This document shows positions 25,533-36,062 of a stretch of DNA of 64,000 nucleotides, in pieces. A program made the position numbers and the translations under genes. Every line of letters begins with the position of its first letter. Position 1 is the stretch's first letter. The DNA is taken from positions 9,266 through 73,265 of the forward strand of contig SFOJ01000007.1 in NCBI GenBank assembly GCA_004552445.1. The letters are read 5' to 3'. The notes beneath the pieces are model-generated. The model did not search any database. It saw only the letters and a list, made by a program, of their open reading frames with translations, and was not told where the DNA came from. The stretch is from Mollicutes bacterium (GTDB lineage Bacteria; Bacillota_I; Bacilli_A; RF39; UBA660).

Positions 25533-26714
25533 ATGAAAATTAAGAAAAAGTATTTAATTTTAATGGTTTTAACTTTACTAGTTAGTGTAGGAACATTTAC
25601 ATATGCTTATTTTGCGGGCACTATATTAAATGATGGGGTTAATACTACTAAAGTGACGACTGGTAGCATTAATATTAATATATCAGATACTAGTGTTGTT
25701 GCTACTGATGTTAAACCTTTAATAACAGAATTAGATACTAGTGAAAATAGTAATCAATTTGTTTATGAACAAGCATCTTTTGTTAAAAAATTTACTATTA
25801 GTAATGATACTGATTCATTGAATGTATGTACTGGTTTATATCTAAAAATTAATAGTATTGATTCACCACTTGTAAGTCAATATTTTAGATATAAAATTGT
25901 TCAAGATGATACTGGAACTTCTATAGAAGGCGACTTTAGTAATGCTAGTATACAAGAAGATACATTTTTAGGTTCTTTATATTTCTTTAGTAGTGGAGAA
26001 TCTAAATCATATACTATGTATATATGGATAGAATATGCTGATAGTGTTGCTCAAACTAGTATGTTAAATAAAACTATGAATGCAACTTTATATGTTAAAG
26101 CAGTTGATTGTAAGTTAAAAGAAAATTGTGATACTAGAACTACTTATAGTATTAATTATAAATTAAATGGTGGTAGTGGTTGCTATAAGACTTCTATTAA
26201 TGCAAATAGTACATTAGGTTCTATTTGTGAACCATATAGAGATGGATACAATTTTGTTGGTTGGTATAGTGATGCAAAATTATCAACTGAGGCTAATATA
26301 AGCAGTTCTAGGGTTATTAGTGATGATGTTATGTTCTATGCTAAGTGGCAAAAAGATAGTTCCGGTGGTTCAACTACTACAATGGAAGCTCCAACGTTAA
26401 CTTGTGTTATTGGAAAAATAAGTCAGACTGCTGAAGTTTATTTTAATATGGTTTCAATTAATGCTAATTTGAGTGTTCAAACTGGTAGTACTACTAAATA
26501 TTGTATTAATTCTTCTAATGATAATTCAACTTGTAAATGGGTTAATTATAGAACTGGTGTAATAGGTAATAATCCAAATACTGCAAATTTTCAATTACCT
26601 ACAACTAGAAATTATTATGGATGGATAAAAGATGGAGATGTTATATCTAAAGTAGGTAGTGTTACTTGTCCTGTTGATACTGTATCTGGTGGTAGTGGTA
26701 CTACTGATATGTAG
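25533..26714 (+). CDS. TasA/camelysin-like secreted protein with a SipW-type signal peptide and a Listeria-Bacteroides repeat
   Basis: The N-terminus is ...VGTFTYAYFAGT...TTGSININ. The C-terminal part is YSINYKLNGG...GYNFVGWYSD...MFYAKWQ. Confidence 0.6.
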   Translation: MKIKKKYLILMVLTLLVSVGTFTYAYFAGTILNDGVNTTKVTTGSININISDTSVVATDVKPLITELDTSENSNQFVYEQASFVKKFTISNDTDSLNVCTGLYLKINSIDSPLVSQYFRYKIVQDDTGTSIEGDFSNASIQEDTFLGSLYFFSSGESKSYTMYIWIEYADSVAQTSMLNKTMNATLYVKAVDCKLKENCDTRTTYSINYKLNGGSGCYKTSINANSTLGSICEPYRDGYNFVGWYSDAKLSTEANISSSRVISDDVMFYAKWQKDSSGGSTTTMEAPTLTCVIGKISQTAEVYFNMVSINANLSVQTGSTTKYCINSSNDNSTCKWVNYRTGVIGNNPNTANFQLPTTRNYYGWIKDGDVISKVGSVTCPVDTVSGGSGTTDM

Positions 26715-26763
26715 AAGCTTTTATAGCTTCTTTTAATTTATACAAAAATTTGTTTGTAAAATA

Positions 26764-26825
26764 TTGACTTTTTAAAATAAATTCATTATATTATTACTTG
26801 TGTATTAGTATATGAACAAATGTTT
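26764..26825 (+). promoter_or_regulatory. uvrA promoter with a candidate LexA (Cheo) box
   Basis: TTGACT (26764-26769), a 17-nt spacer, then TATATT (26787-26792). GAACAAATGTTT (26814-26825) compares with GAAC-N4-GTTC. Confidence 0.45.
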
Positions 26826-26852
26826 ATGTTAATAATATAATGAGGTGGAACA

Positions 26853-29666
26853 ATGGATAAGATAGTTATAAAGAATGCTCGTGAAAATAATTTAAAAAAT
26901 ATAAATTTAGAACTTCCTAAAAATAAATTAATAGTTATGACTGGTGTATCTGGAAGTGGTAAGAGTAGTCTTGCTTTTGATACTATATATGCTGAAGGTC
27001 AAAGACGTTATGTTGAGAGCCTTAGTGCTTATGCTCGACAATTTTTAGGAAATATGAATAAACCAGAAGTTGATTCTATTGAAGGGCTTAGTCCAAGTAT
27101 TAGTATTGACCAAAAATCTACTAATAAGAATCCTAGAAGTACAGTTGGTACTATTACAGAAATTTATGATTATTTAAGACTTTTGTTTGCTCGCGTTGGT
27201 ACTCCTTATTGTCCTAAACATAATATTCCAGTAACGGAACAAAGCATAGAAGAAATGACTAATAAAGTTCTTGAATATAAAGTTGGAACTAGAATAGAAA
27301 TAATGGCACCTGTAATTCATGGTGAAAAAGGTACTCAAAAGGATTTATTAGAAGAACTTCGTAAAGAAGGTTTTGTAAGAGCTAGGATAGATAATGAAGT
27401 AAGAGATTTAAATGATGATATAGTTCTTGAAAAGAATAATAAACATAATATTGATGTTATAATTGATAGAATAGTTATTAAGGAAGACTCTAGAAGTAGA
27501 ATATTTGAGAGTATTGAAACATCTACTAAGATGGCTAATGGTAAAGTTGTAATTAATATTCTTGGTGATAAAGAGATTGTTATGAGTGAAAATTATGCTT
27601 GTCCTTTGTGTGATTTTAGCATTCCTGAACTTGAACCTAGATTATTTTCATTTAATAGTCCTTATGGTGCTTGTCCTGTATGTAAAGGCCTTGGTGTTAA
27701 TTTACATATTGATGAAGATATATTAATTCCTGATAAAAATTTATCTATTATGGATGGAGCTATTGCTTCTTTTCAAAGTGGAGAAACTTTAAATATAGCA
27801 TTTAAAAAACTTGCATTAGTAGCTAAACATTATAATATTGATTTATATAAACCTATTAAGAATTTAACTCGTGAAGAACTTAATATTATATTATATAAAA
27901 GTCCTGATAAATTGGATTTATCTTTAACTACTAGAAGTGGTAGTGTTTTAAAGAGTTATGACTATTTTGAGGGAATAATTACAAATTTAGAAAGACGATA
28001 TATGGAGACTACTAGTCCATCTATAAGAGATTGGATTGAAAGATATATGACAGAGCTACCTTGTCCTAATTGTCATCAAACAAGACTTAGGGATGAGGCA
28101 TTAAGTGTAAGAATAAATAATAAAAATATATATGAAGTGACTAATATGAGTATTAGGGATTTACTTATATGGTTTGATAAACTTAAATTTACTAAAGAAC
28201 AAACTGAGGTATCATTTTTAGTAGTTAAAGAAATTAAGGAAAGACTTACTTTCTTAAAAAATGTTGGTTTAGAGTATTTAACTTTGTCTCGTGAAGCTGC
28301 AACTTTAAGTGGTGGTGAGGCTCAAAGAATTAGACTTGCTACTCAAATAGGTAGTAGACTTTCTGGTATTTTGTATGTACTTGATGAACCTAGTATTGGT
28401 CTTCATCAAAGAGATAATGCTAAATTAATAAATTCATTAAAAGAGATGAGGGATTTAGGAAATACTTTAATAGTAGTAGAACATGATACAGATACTATGC
28501 TTGCTTCTGATTATTTAGTTGATATTGGACCTAAAGCAGGTAATGAGGGTGGATATTTAGTTGCTTGTGGTACTCCAGAAGAAGTTATGAAAAATGATAA
28601 TTCATTAACTGGCAGATACTTAAGTGGTAAAGAAGTAATTGAAGTTCCTAAAAAAAGAAGAAGTGGAAATGGTAAATCTATTAAAATAACTGGATGTAAA
28701 GAGAATAATTTGAAAAATATTAATGTTGAATTTCCACTTGGTAAATTTATATGTGTTACTGGTGTGTCTGGAAGTGGTAAGAGTACTTTGGTAAACGAAA
28801 TATTATGTAAAGCTTTATCTAGTAAGATAAATCGTTCTAAAGATAAACCTGGTAAATTTAAAGATATTAAGGGAATAGAGAATGTTGATAAAATAGTAAA
28901 TATTACACAAGATCCAATAGGTAGAACACCTCGTAGTAATCCTGCAACTTATACTGGAGTTTTTGATGCGATAAGAGATGTTTTTGCTGAAACGAAAGAA
29001 TCTAAAATACATGGTTATGATAAAAGCAGATTTAGTTTTAATGTTAAAGGTGGAAGATGTGAAGCATGTTCTGGAGATGGAGTTAAAAAGATTGAAATGC
29101 ATTTTTTACCTGATGTGTATGTCCCATGTGATGTATGTAATGCTACTAGATATAATAAAGAAACATTGAAAATTAAATTTAAAGGTCTTAATATATCTGA
29201 AGTATTAGATACTCGTGTTAGTGATGCATTAAAAGTATTTGAAAATGTTCCTAAAGTATATAAGACACTAAAAATAATGGAAGAAGTTGGACTTGGATAT
29301 GTTGCCCTTGGTCAAAACGCTGTTACATTGTCTGGAGGTGAAGCTTCTCGTGTAAAACTTGCCAAAGAACTTCAAAAGAAACCTACTGGTAAGAGCGTAT
29401 TTATACTTGATGAACCTTCTACTGGACTTCATCAAGATGATATCAAAAAATTACTTGTTATACTTAATAGGATAGTTGATAATGGTGATACTGTTATAGT
29501 TATTGAACATAATCTTGATATAATTAAGCAAGCTGATTATATTATTGATTTAGGACCTGAAGGTGGAGATTTTGGTGGTACTATTGTAGCTAAAGGAACT
29601 CCTGAAGAAATTGTTAAAGTCAAAGAATCTTATACTGGTGAGTATTTAAAAGATTATTTAAAATAA
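26853..29666 (+). CDS. uvrA: Excinuclease ABC subunit A
   Basis: It has two ABC ATPase modules (GVSGSGKSSL and GVSGSGKSTL), LSGGEAQR and LSGGEASR, zinc-finger Cys pairs, and is 937 aa long. Confidence 0.95.
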   Translation: MDKIVIKNARENNLKNINLELPKNKLIVMTGVSGSGKSSLAFDTIYAEGQRRYVESLSAYARQFLGNMNKPEVDSIEGLSPSISIDQKSTNKNPRSTVGTITEIYDYLRLLFARVGTPYCPKHNIPVTEQSIEEMTNKVLEYKVGTRIEIMAPVIHGEKGTQKDLLEELRKEGFVRARIDNEVRDLNDDIVLEKNNKHNIDVIIDRIVIKEDSRSRIFESIETSTKMANGKVVINILGDKEIVMSENYACPLCDFSIPELEPRLFSFNSPYGACPVCKGLGVNLHIDEDILIPDKNLSIMDGAIASFQSGETLNIAFKKLALVAKHYNIDLYKPIKNLTREELNIILYKSPDKLDLSLTTRSGSVLKSYDYFEGIITNLERRYMETTSPSIRDWIERYMTELPCPNCHQTRLRDEALSVRINNKNIYEVTNMSIRDLLIWFDKLKFTKEQTEVSFLVVKEIKERLTFLKNVGLEYLTLSREAATLSGGEAQRIRLATQIGSRLSGILYVLDEPSIGLHQRDNAKLINSLKEMRDLGNTLIVVEHDTDTMLASDYLVDIGPKAGNEGGYLVACGTPEEVMKNDNSLTGRYLSGKEVIEVPKKRRSGNGKSIKITGCKENNLKNINVEFPLGKFICVTGVSGSGKSTLVNEILCKALSSKINRSKDKPGKFKDIKGIENVDKIVNITQDPIGRTPRSNPATYTGVFDAIRDVFAETKESKIHGYDKSRFSFNVKGGRCEACSGDGVKKIEMHFLPDVYVPCDVCNATRYNKETLKIKFKGLNISEVLDTRVSDALKVFENVPKVYKTLKIMEEVGLGYVALGQNAVTLSGGEASRVKLAKELQKKPTGKSVFILDEPSTGLHQDDIKKLLVILNRIVDNGDTVIVIEHNLDIIKQADYIIDLGPEGGDFGGTIVAKGTPEEIVKVKESYTGEYLKDYLK

Positions 29667-29692
29667 AAGGAAGTATTTACTTCCTTTTAAAT
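29666..29692 (+). terminator. uvrA terminator
   Basis: The hairpin AAAGGAAGT...ACTTCCTTT is followed by a T-rich tail. Confidence 0.6.
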
Positions 29693-29753
29693 TTATTTTA
29701 TATATATAAAATAATATAAATATGTTATAATTTATATTGATAGGAGTAGATAT

Positions 29754-30560
29754 ATGGAAAAAATTTTTGAAAAATTAATTGAGGGTGGAACTGATTTATG
29801 TATTAAGTTAGTTATATCAATTTTTATATTACTAATTGGGAATAAAATAATTAAAGCAATTGAAAAGATGCTTAAAAAGGAGAAAAAATTTAGTAAACTT
29901 GAAGATCCTAGTGTTAAAAGTTTTGTTATTAGCTTTATTACAATATCATTAAAATTATTGTTATTTGTTACTGTTTTAAGTATTATCGGAATACCAATGA
30001 CATCATTAATTACAATATTAGGTTCTTGTGCGGTTGCCGTTGGTTTAGCACTTCAAGGTGGATTATCTAACTTAGCAGGTGGAATTATGCTTCTTATATT
30101 CAAACCTTTTACTATTGGAGATTATATAGAAGCTAATGGTAAAGAAGGAACAGTAAAATCAATATCATTATTTTATACAACAATAGTAGGTATTGATAAT
30201 GTTGTGATACAACTTCCTAATGGTACATTATCAAACTCTTGTATTACAAATTACACTGCGTGTGAAAAAAGAATGCTTAATATTGTTTATGATGTGAGTT
30301 ATGACTCTAATATTGATAAAGTTAAAAAGGTTCTTCAAGAAGTAATTGATGAGGAAGATAAAATAATTAAAGATGAACCAATAAGAATAGCAGTTAAATC
30401 ACATAATGATTCATCAATTGGTATAGTTTTTAGAGCATGGACTCTTACTAGCGATTACTGGGATGTATACTTTAGAATAATGGAAAATGTAAAGAAAAAA
30501 TTTGATAAAAATGGTATTGAAATACCATATCCTCAAATGGATGTTCATATGAAAAAGTAA
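29754..30560 (+). CDS. mscS: Small-conductance mechanosensitive channel (MscS family)
   Basis: It has three TM helices, LQGGLSNLAGGIMLLIFKPFTIGDYIE, and a beta-domain. Confidence 0.8.
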   Translation: MEKIFEKLIEGGTDLCIKLVISIFILLIGNKIIKAIEKMLKKEKKFSKLEDPSVKSFVISFITISLKLLLFVTVLSIIGIPMTSLITILGSCAVAVGLALQGGLSNLAGGIMLLIFKPFTIGDYIEANGKEGTVKSISLFYTTIVGIDNVVIQLPNGTLSNSCITNYTACEKRMLNIVYDVSYDSNIDKVKKVLQEVIDEEDKIIKDEPIRIAVKSHNDSSIGIVFRAWTLTSDYWDVYFRIMENVKKKFDKNGIEIPYPQMDVHMKK

Positions 30561-30646
30561 GTACATGTAATAATGTACTTTTTCATTTGTATAAAACTAA
30601 TAAATATGATATTATATTAGTAGATTAAAAATAGAGGTGGCCTGTA

Positions 30647-32047
30647 ATGCAAGAGAGTGTTATTGTTGAACAATTTAATCGTGATCTTCTTAGAAAACTT
30701 AAAGTTTTATATGATAAGTATACATCACTTAAATCAAGTCTTTCTAAACTACCTAAAGATTCAATTGAGGCCAAAAAAATTAGTTCAGAGTATAGTGAAG
30801 TTATTAAAGAATATAATAGATTTTCTGATTCATACCAAGTTACTTCTAAATTTACTAAACTAGATCAGATTGAAAAATATCAAAATCAAATTCGAAATGA
30901 AAGAAATAAATTACTTGCTGAATATGAAGAACTTAAAGTTAAATATAATGAGGCAGTTAAAAATAAAGCAAGTATAGCAGAACTTAATAAAATAGCTTTA
31001 AGAGCTACTGAAATATTAAAAATAAATTCTTTTTATAATGAATTACTTTTAATGATGGATAAACCTTTATCATTAAAATCTCAAATTATTTCAGTAGATG
31101 ATGTTAAGAGAAAAGTTAGAGAAGTTCCTAAAAGTGAAACTTCTAAAGAAAAAACAGTCGTTTCTTCAGTAGAAAACCCAGTTTCACAGACTAAAACAGA
31201 AAAAAAGAATTATGCAAGTGATCCTGATATTTTAGCTTTACATACTATGAATAGAAAAATACAAGGTTTAAAAGATATGTATTATAAAATGGATAGCAAA
31301 TCTCAAGAAGCTAAAAAGTTAAAAATAGTTATATATAAGTTATGTACTGAAAGAGAAGAAATGATTACTAAATTATTGGGTTATGAGGCTGCTAATAAGA
31401 TTATTATGGTTGAAAGTATGGAAGATGCTACTTTTTCTAAAGAAGATACTCCTTTAGAAAAACCATTTGAACTTAAAAGTTCAACTTTTAGTAGTGAATT
31501 TACTACTCTTGTTTATATGTTAGGTGATTTAGAATTTAGTGGACTTGATTCAGAAACATTTAAAAAATATAGAGCTTTAGAGGATAAAGCTTTACAAAAG
31601 GCAGGAAAAAAGAATTTACTTACTCTTAATCAATCTTATAAAAAATGTTATGATAGTCTAATTAAAAAATATCATAATATTTTAAGAACTATTGTTGGAA
31701 AAGATGATAAATTAGTTTCTATGGGACAAGATTTACTTGGAACATTACGTTTATTTAACATAAATGGAGGATATGCAAGTTTTAAAGCAAAACATAAAGA
31801 TGGTAAAATTGGTAGTGAAGCAATTTCAAAAGAAATGTATAAAGAAGGAATAGATAGAATCAAAACTTTATTAAATGCTATTAATACATATGGAACTAGA
31901 GTAATTGAAAGAAATGGTGGAATTATTACTGTTAATGATACAGAAAAAACAAGAGAACAACGAATTGCTGAAATAAATACTAAATATTTTGAGATTTATG
32001 ATATGATACTTCAAACTCATAAACAAACAGTTGTAAGCAATTTATAG
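30647..32047 (+). CDS. Hypothetical coiled-coil protein
   Basis: It is a long ORF with an RBS (AGAGGTGG). No family was recognised. Confidence 0.5.
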   Translation: MQESVIVEQFNRDLLRKLKVLYDKYTSLKSSLSKLPKDSIEAKKISSEYSEVIKEYNRFSDSYQVTSKFTKLDQIEKYQNQIRNERNKLLAEYEELKVKYNEAVKNKASIAELNKIALRATEILKINSFYNELLLMMDKPLSLKSQIISVDDVKRKVREVPKSETSKEKTVVSSVENPVSQTKTEKKNYASDPDILALHTMNRKIQGLKDMYYKMDSKSQEAKKLKIVIYKLCTEREEMITKLLGYEAANKIIMVESMEDATFSKEDTPLEKPFELKSSTFSSEFTTLVYMLGDLEFSGLDSETFKKYRALEDKALQKAGKKNLLTLNQSYKKCYDSLIKKYHNILRTIVGKDDKLVSMGQDLLGTLRLFNINGGYASFKAKHKDGKIGSEAISKEMYKEGIDRIKTLLNAINTYGTRVIERNGGIITVNDTEKTREQRIAEINTKYFEIYDMILQTHKQTVVSNL

Positions 32048-32109
32048 TTAAATATTATAAGAGCATGTAAATGCTCTTTTCTTTTTGAATTAATTATATT
32101 ATAATTATT

Positions 32110-32565
32110 ATGGTGAATAAAATGAGTAAAGGAAAAATTTATAAAATTGATGAGAATGATTCTAGAAGAACTAGTCAAAAGTATACTTATGATAGAGATG
32201 ATTTAATTACATTTGGAATAAGTGTTCTTGTTTATGCGATTGTATTATTACTTGCTAGTAATTTATTTAGAGGAATTTATGTTGAAAACTTTTTCTATGC
32301 AATTATTTCAGCATTAATATTAAGTTTATTAAATTCAACTATAAAGCCAATACTTATATTTTGGACTTTACCTCTTAGCATAGTTACTTTTGGAATTGCT
32401 TATCCTATTGTTAATATGATAATTTTAAAATTATGTGATATTCTTATGGGAAATGCTTTTGGAGTAAGTGGTTTCTTTAGTACATTTATTGTTGCTATAT
32501 TTATTAGTGGTATGAGAATGTTATTAGATCAAATGATTACTAAGAAAGTAGGTAAAAGAAAATGA
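32110..32565 (+). CDS. YvlD/phage-holin-4-like membrane protein
   Basis: The segment is LLNSTIKPILIFWTLPLSIVTFG... It lies directly upstream of lgt, as the yvl genes do in Bacillus. Confidence 0.55.
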   Translation: MVNKMSKGKIYKIDENDSRRTSQKYTYDRDDLITFGISVLVYAIVLLLASNLFRGIYVENFFYAIISALILSLLNSTIKPILIFWTLPLSIVTFGIAYPIVNMIILKLCDILMGNAFGVSGFFSTFIVAIFISGMRMLLDQMITKKVGKRK

Positions 32566-33374
32566 ATCCAGTTATATTTAATATAGGAAATTATGAATTA
32601 AGATGGTATAGTGTCCTAATAGCTATTGCTGTTATTATTGGATATGTTTTAATTGTTAGTGAAAGTCGTAGATTCAAAATTAAAAAAGAATTTATGTTTA
32701 ATATGATGTTTTGGACTTTAATATTTGCAATTATTGGAGCAAGACTTTATTATGTTGCTTTTAATCTAGAATATTATAGAACTAATGTACTTGAAATATT
32801 TCAAATATGGAAGGGTGGACTTGCTATTCATGGTGCTTTACTATTTGGTGCCATTACTATAATTATTTATTGTAAAAAATATAAAGTTAGAGTTGGTAAA
32901 ATACTTGATATTATAGTTCCTGCTTTATTACTTGGCCAAGCTATTGGTAGATGGGGTAATTTCTTTAATTCAGAAGCATATGGCTCAATAGTTTCATATC
33001 AACAATTAGTAAATATGAAAATAATACCTCAATTTATAATTGATAATATGTTTATTAATGGTAGTTATCATTTACCAATGTTCTATTTTGAGTCATTATG
33101 GTGTTTATTAGGTTTCTTCTTGTCTTTATTTTTAAGAAGAAGAAAATATATTAAAGATGGACAATTAGTTGCATTCTATATGATGTGGTATAGTGTTGCT
33201 AGATTTGTTATTGAAACATTTAGAACAGATGCATTACTATTTAATGGTATTAGGGTTGCTAGAGTAGTTAGTGTTCTTATGTTTATTATTGGCTTAATTA
33301 TTCAATTTATACAAAGTAGAAAACCTAAACTTGATGAATTATATAATAAAGCGGAGGAAGAAGTAAGGTTTTAG
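32562..33374 (+). CDS. lgt: Phosphatidylglycerol-prolipoprotein diacylglyceryl transferase
   Basis: It contains GARLYYV, WKGGLAIHG and GRWGNFFNSEAYG. Confidence 0.9.
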   Translation: MNPVIFNIGNYELRWYSVLIAIAVIIGYVLIVSESRRFKIKKEFMFNMMFWTLIFAIIGARLYYVAFNLEYYRTNVLEIFQIWKGGLAIHGALLFGAITIIIYCKKYKVRVGKILDIIVPALLLGQAIGRWGNFFNSEAYGSIVSYQQLVNMKIIPQFIIDNMFINGSYHLPMFYFESLWCLLGFFLSLFLRRRKYIKDGQLVAFYMMWYSVARFVIETFRTDALLFNGIRVARVVSVLMFIIGLIIQFIQSRKPKLDELYNKAEEEVRF

Positions 33375-33382
33375 GAGGAAAT

Positions 33383-34276
33383 ATGTTTGATTCTATAATT
33401 ATTGGTGCGGGACCAGCTGGTATGTGTGCTTCAATATATTCTGCTAGAAGTGGACTTAATACGTTATTACTTGATGAAAGTGTACCAGGTGGTTTATTAA
33501 ATAAAATTAGTATTGTTGAAAATTATTTAGGATATAAAAGTATTAATGGTTCTGATTTAGCACTTAATATGTATAATCATGTTAAGAATGAAAATGTAAC
33601 TTTTAAATTAGAAAAAGTAGTTTCTATTAGAGATGATGGTGAATACAAAGTAGTTACTACTACTAAAGGTGAGTATAAAACAAAAGGTGTTATTATTGCA
33701 ATTGGAAGAAAGCCTCGTAAGAGTGGAATACCAAATGAGAATGTGTATGCCGGCAAGGGTGTTAGTTATTGCGCTATATGTGATGCTCCACTTTATAAAA
33801 ATAAAAAGCTTGTTGTTCTTGGGGGTGGTGATTCTGCGTTTGAAGAAGCAATATATTTGTCTAATTTTGCATTTTCAGTAACAATAGTAGTAAGAAATAA
33901 GATAAGTGCTAGTGATGCATTAGTAGCTGAAGCTAAAGATAAGAATATAGAAATTATTATTGGAAAGGAAGCAGTTGATTTCCTTGGAACAGATGTTATA
34001 AAACAAGTTAAATTTAATGATGAAAGTACTATTGATTGTGATGGAGTGTTTATCTATTATGGATATCAAGCAGATACAGCATTTATGAAAGATTTAAATA
34101 TTACTGATGATAAAGGTTATATTGAAGTAGATAATTCTATGAGAACAAAAGAACCATTTATATATGCATGTGGTGATATTATTAAAAAAGATGTTTATCA
34201 AATAGTAACAGCTGCTAGTGATGGATGTATAGCTGCATTATCACTTAAGAAAGATATAAATAAAAGTGGAAAGTAA
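33383..34276 (+). CDS. trxB: Thioredoxin-disulfide reductase
   Basis: It contains IIGAGPAG, the redox CAICDA motif, and VLGGGDSAFEEA. Confidence 0.85.
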   Translation: MFDSIIIGAGPAGMCASIYSARSGLNTLLLDESVPGGLLNKISIVENYLGYKSINGSDLALNMYNHVKNENVTFKLEKVVSIRDDGEYKVVTTTKGEYKTKGVIIAIGRKPRKSGIPNENVYAGKGVSYCAICDAPLYKNKKLVVLGGGDSAFEEAIYLSNFAFSVTIVVRNKISASDALVAEAKDKNIEIIIGKEAVDFLGTDVIKQVKFNDESTIDCDGVFIYYGYQADTAFMKDLNITDDKGYIEVDNSMRTKEPFIYACGDIIKKDVYQIVTAASDGCIAALSLKKDINKSGK

Positions 34277-34652
34277 ATATATTGATATAGTATTATTAAT
34301 TATAGAAAATATAATTTCATTTGTGATGTTAGTATTTTTTTCTAATATGGAGCTAGCACTAACTATACAGATAATATTATTTTTTCTATTTTTTCTATAT
34401 TTAGTTATTAAATATAGAGGCTTGAATATAGATTATAAAATAATTATTTCTTATGTTATTATTATAGCAATAGAATTTTTGATAACATATTTATTTAGTG
34501 ATAAATTTAATCTAATAATTAAAGAGGATTTTAGTAACCTGGAATCAACTTTTGGAGTATTCTCATATTTTATGATTAATGTCTTTTCAGTTTTGATATT
34601 GATATTTACTAATTTAATAAAAGTGTGTATTAAAAAGATAAAGACTAGTTGA
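34266..34652 (+). CDS. Small polytopic membrane protein (uncertain)
   Basis: It is a hydrophobic ORF with a GTG start overlapping the trxB end. Confidence 0.3.
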   Translation: MESKYIDIVLLIIENIISFVMLVFFSNMELALTIQIILFFLFFLYLVIKYRGLNIDYKIIISYVIIIAIEFLITYLFSDKFNLIIKEDFSNLESTFGVFSYFMINVFSVLILIFTNLIKVCIKKIKTS

Positions 34653-34701
34653 CAATAGCTATTAATAAAATTAAAATAAAATAACTTTATTGGAGGATTA
34701 T

Positions 34702-35400
34702 ATGTTAGTATACGGTAGAAATGTTGTAAATGAAATTTTAAATGGTAAAACTAAAATATATAAAGTGTTTCTTGATAATAATTATAAAGATGAAGATATA
34801 CTTAATAAAATAGATAAACGTGGTCTTAAGAAGTTTCATGTTGATAAGAGTAAATTAGATAAAATGTGTGGTAATTCTACTAATCAAGGAATTGCGATGG
34901 ATATAGAAGAATTTAACTATTATGATATTAAAACTATTGAAAATGATGATAAATCAAATTTTGTAGTTATGTTAGATTCTATTGAAGATCCTCATAATTT
35001 TGGAGCAATAATTCGTACTTGTGAATGTGCTGGTGTTGACTATATTATTATTCCTAAAAATAGAAGTGTATCAGTTAATAGTACTGTATATAAAACTTCT
35101 AGCGGTGCTCTTTCAAATATGAAAATAGTGGAAGTAGCTAATCTTCATAATACTATTAAAAAACTTAAAGATTTAGGTTTTTGGGTTTATGGAAGTGATG
35201 CTAAAGGAAAAGATTATAGGAGTATAGATTTTGGCGGTAAAACATGTTTAATAATTGGTAGCGAAGGTCATGGACTTAAACAAATAGTTAGTAATTCATG
35301 TGATGAGATAATATCTCTTCCAATGAAAGGGAAAATCAATTCTCTAAATGCTTCTGTTGCTGCTGGTATATTTATTTATGAGATTATGAAATATAAATAG
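34702..35400 (+). CDS. rlmB: 23S rRNA (guanosine-2'-O)-methyltransferase, SpoU/TrmH family (RlmB-like)
   Basis: The start follows GGAGGA. It contains LDSIEDPHNFGAIIRT, IIGSEGHGL and SLNASVAAGI. It lies upstream of sigH, as in Bacillus. Confidence 0.8.
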   Translation: MLVYGRNVVNEILNGKTKIYKVFLDNNYKDEDILNKIDKRGLKKFHVDKSKLDKMCGNSTNQGIAMDIEEFNYYDIKTIENDDKSNFVVMLDSIEDPHNFGAIIRTCECAGVDYIIIPKNRSVSVNSTVYKTSSGALSNMKIVEVANLHNTIKKLKDLGFWVYGSDAKGKDYRSIDFGGKTCLIIGSEGHGLKQIVSNSCDEIISLPMKGKINSLNASVAAGIFIYEIMKYK

Positions 35401-35407
35401 GTGAAGA

Positions 35408-36022
35408 ATGGATTATAGAGATTTAAATGATAATGAATTAGTTTATTTATGTGCTGAAAATAATGAAGATGCAATAAATTTAATAGTTAATAAATATAAA
35501 AATTGTATTCTTATGATATTAAAAGAATACTTAAAAGAATATAATATTATTGGCGTTGAAGTTGCTGATTTATATCAAGAAGGTTTAATTGGTTTAATGC
35601 ATGCAATACATTCATATAATCCAACTCGTGATGTACTTTTTTATACATATGCGAATGCTTGTATTAGAACTAGTTTAATGTCTGCAATTAGACAAACATT
35701 TAGACAAAAGAATAGAATATTGAATTATTCGTATTCTTTAGATAAAATTTTTGAAGATTCAGGTGATAACTTTTATGAAATACTTAAGGATGAAAGTTAT
35801 GAACCTAATAAATTACTTTTAAGTAGTGAAGATGAAAATGAATTAATTAATAAGCTTAAGAGTAAATTAAGTAAAAGTGAACTTGCAATATTTGAACTTA
35901 GACTTAAAGGACTTAGTAATGGTGAAATAGCATCACTTATAGATAAAGATACTAAATATATAGAAAATAGTTTATTTAGAATTAAAAGAAAATATAAAGA
36001 ATTAAATAAAGTGGTTTCATAA
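35408..36022 (+). CDS. sigH: RNA polymerase sigma factor, SigH-like
   Basis: It contains DLYQEGLIGLMHAI and the region 4 segment LSKSELAIFELRLKGLSNGEIA. Synteny with rlmB supports the call. Confidence 0.65.
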   Translation: MDYRDLNDNELVYLCAENNEDAINLIVNKYKNCILMILKEYLKEYNIIGVEVADLYQEGLIGLMHAIHSYNPTRDVLFYTYANACIRTSLMSAIRQTFRQKNRILNYSYSLDKIFEDSGDNFYEILKDESYEPNKLLLSSEDENELINKLKSKLSKSELAIFELRLKGLSNGEIASLIDKDTKYIENSLFRIKRKYKELNKVVS

Positions 36023-36062
36023 ATCACTTTTTATATGTTATAATTGTTAAGAGGATGATGTT

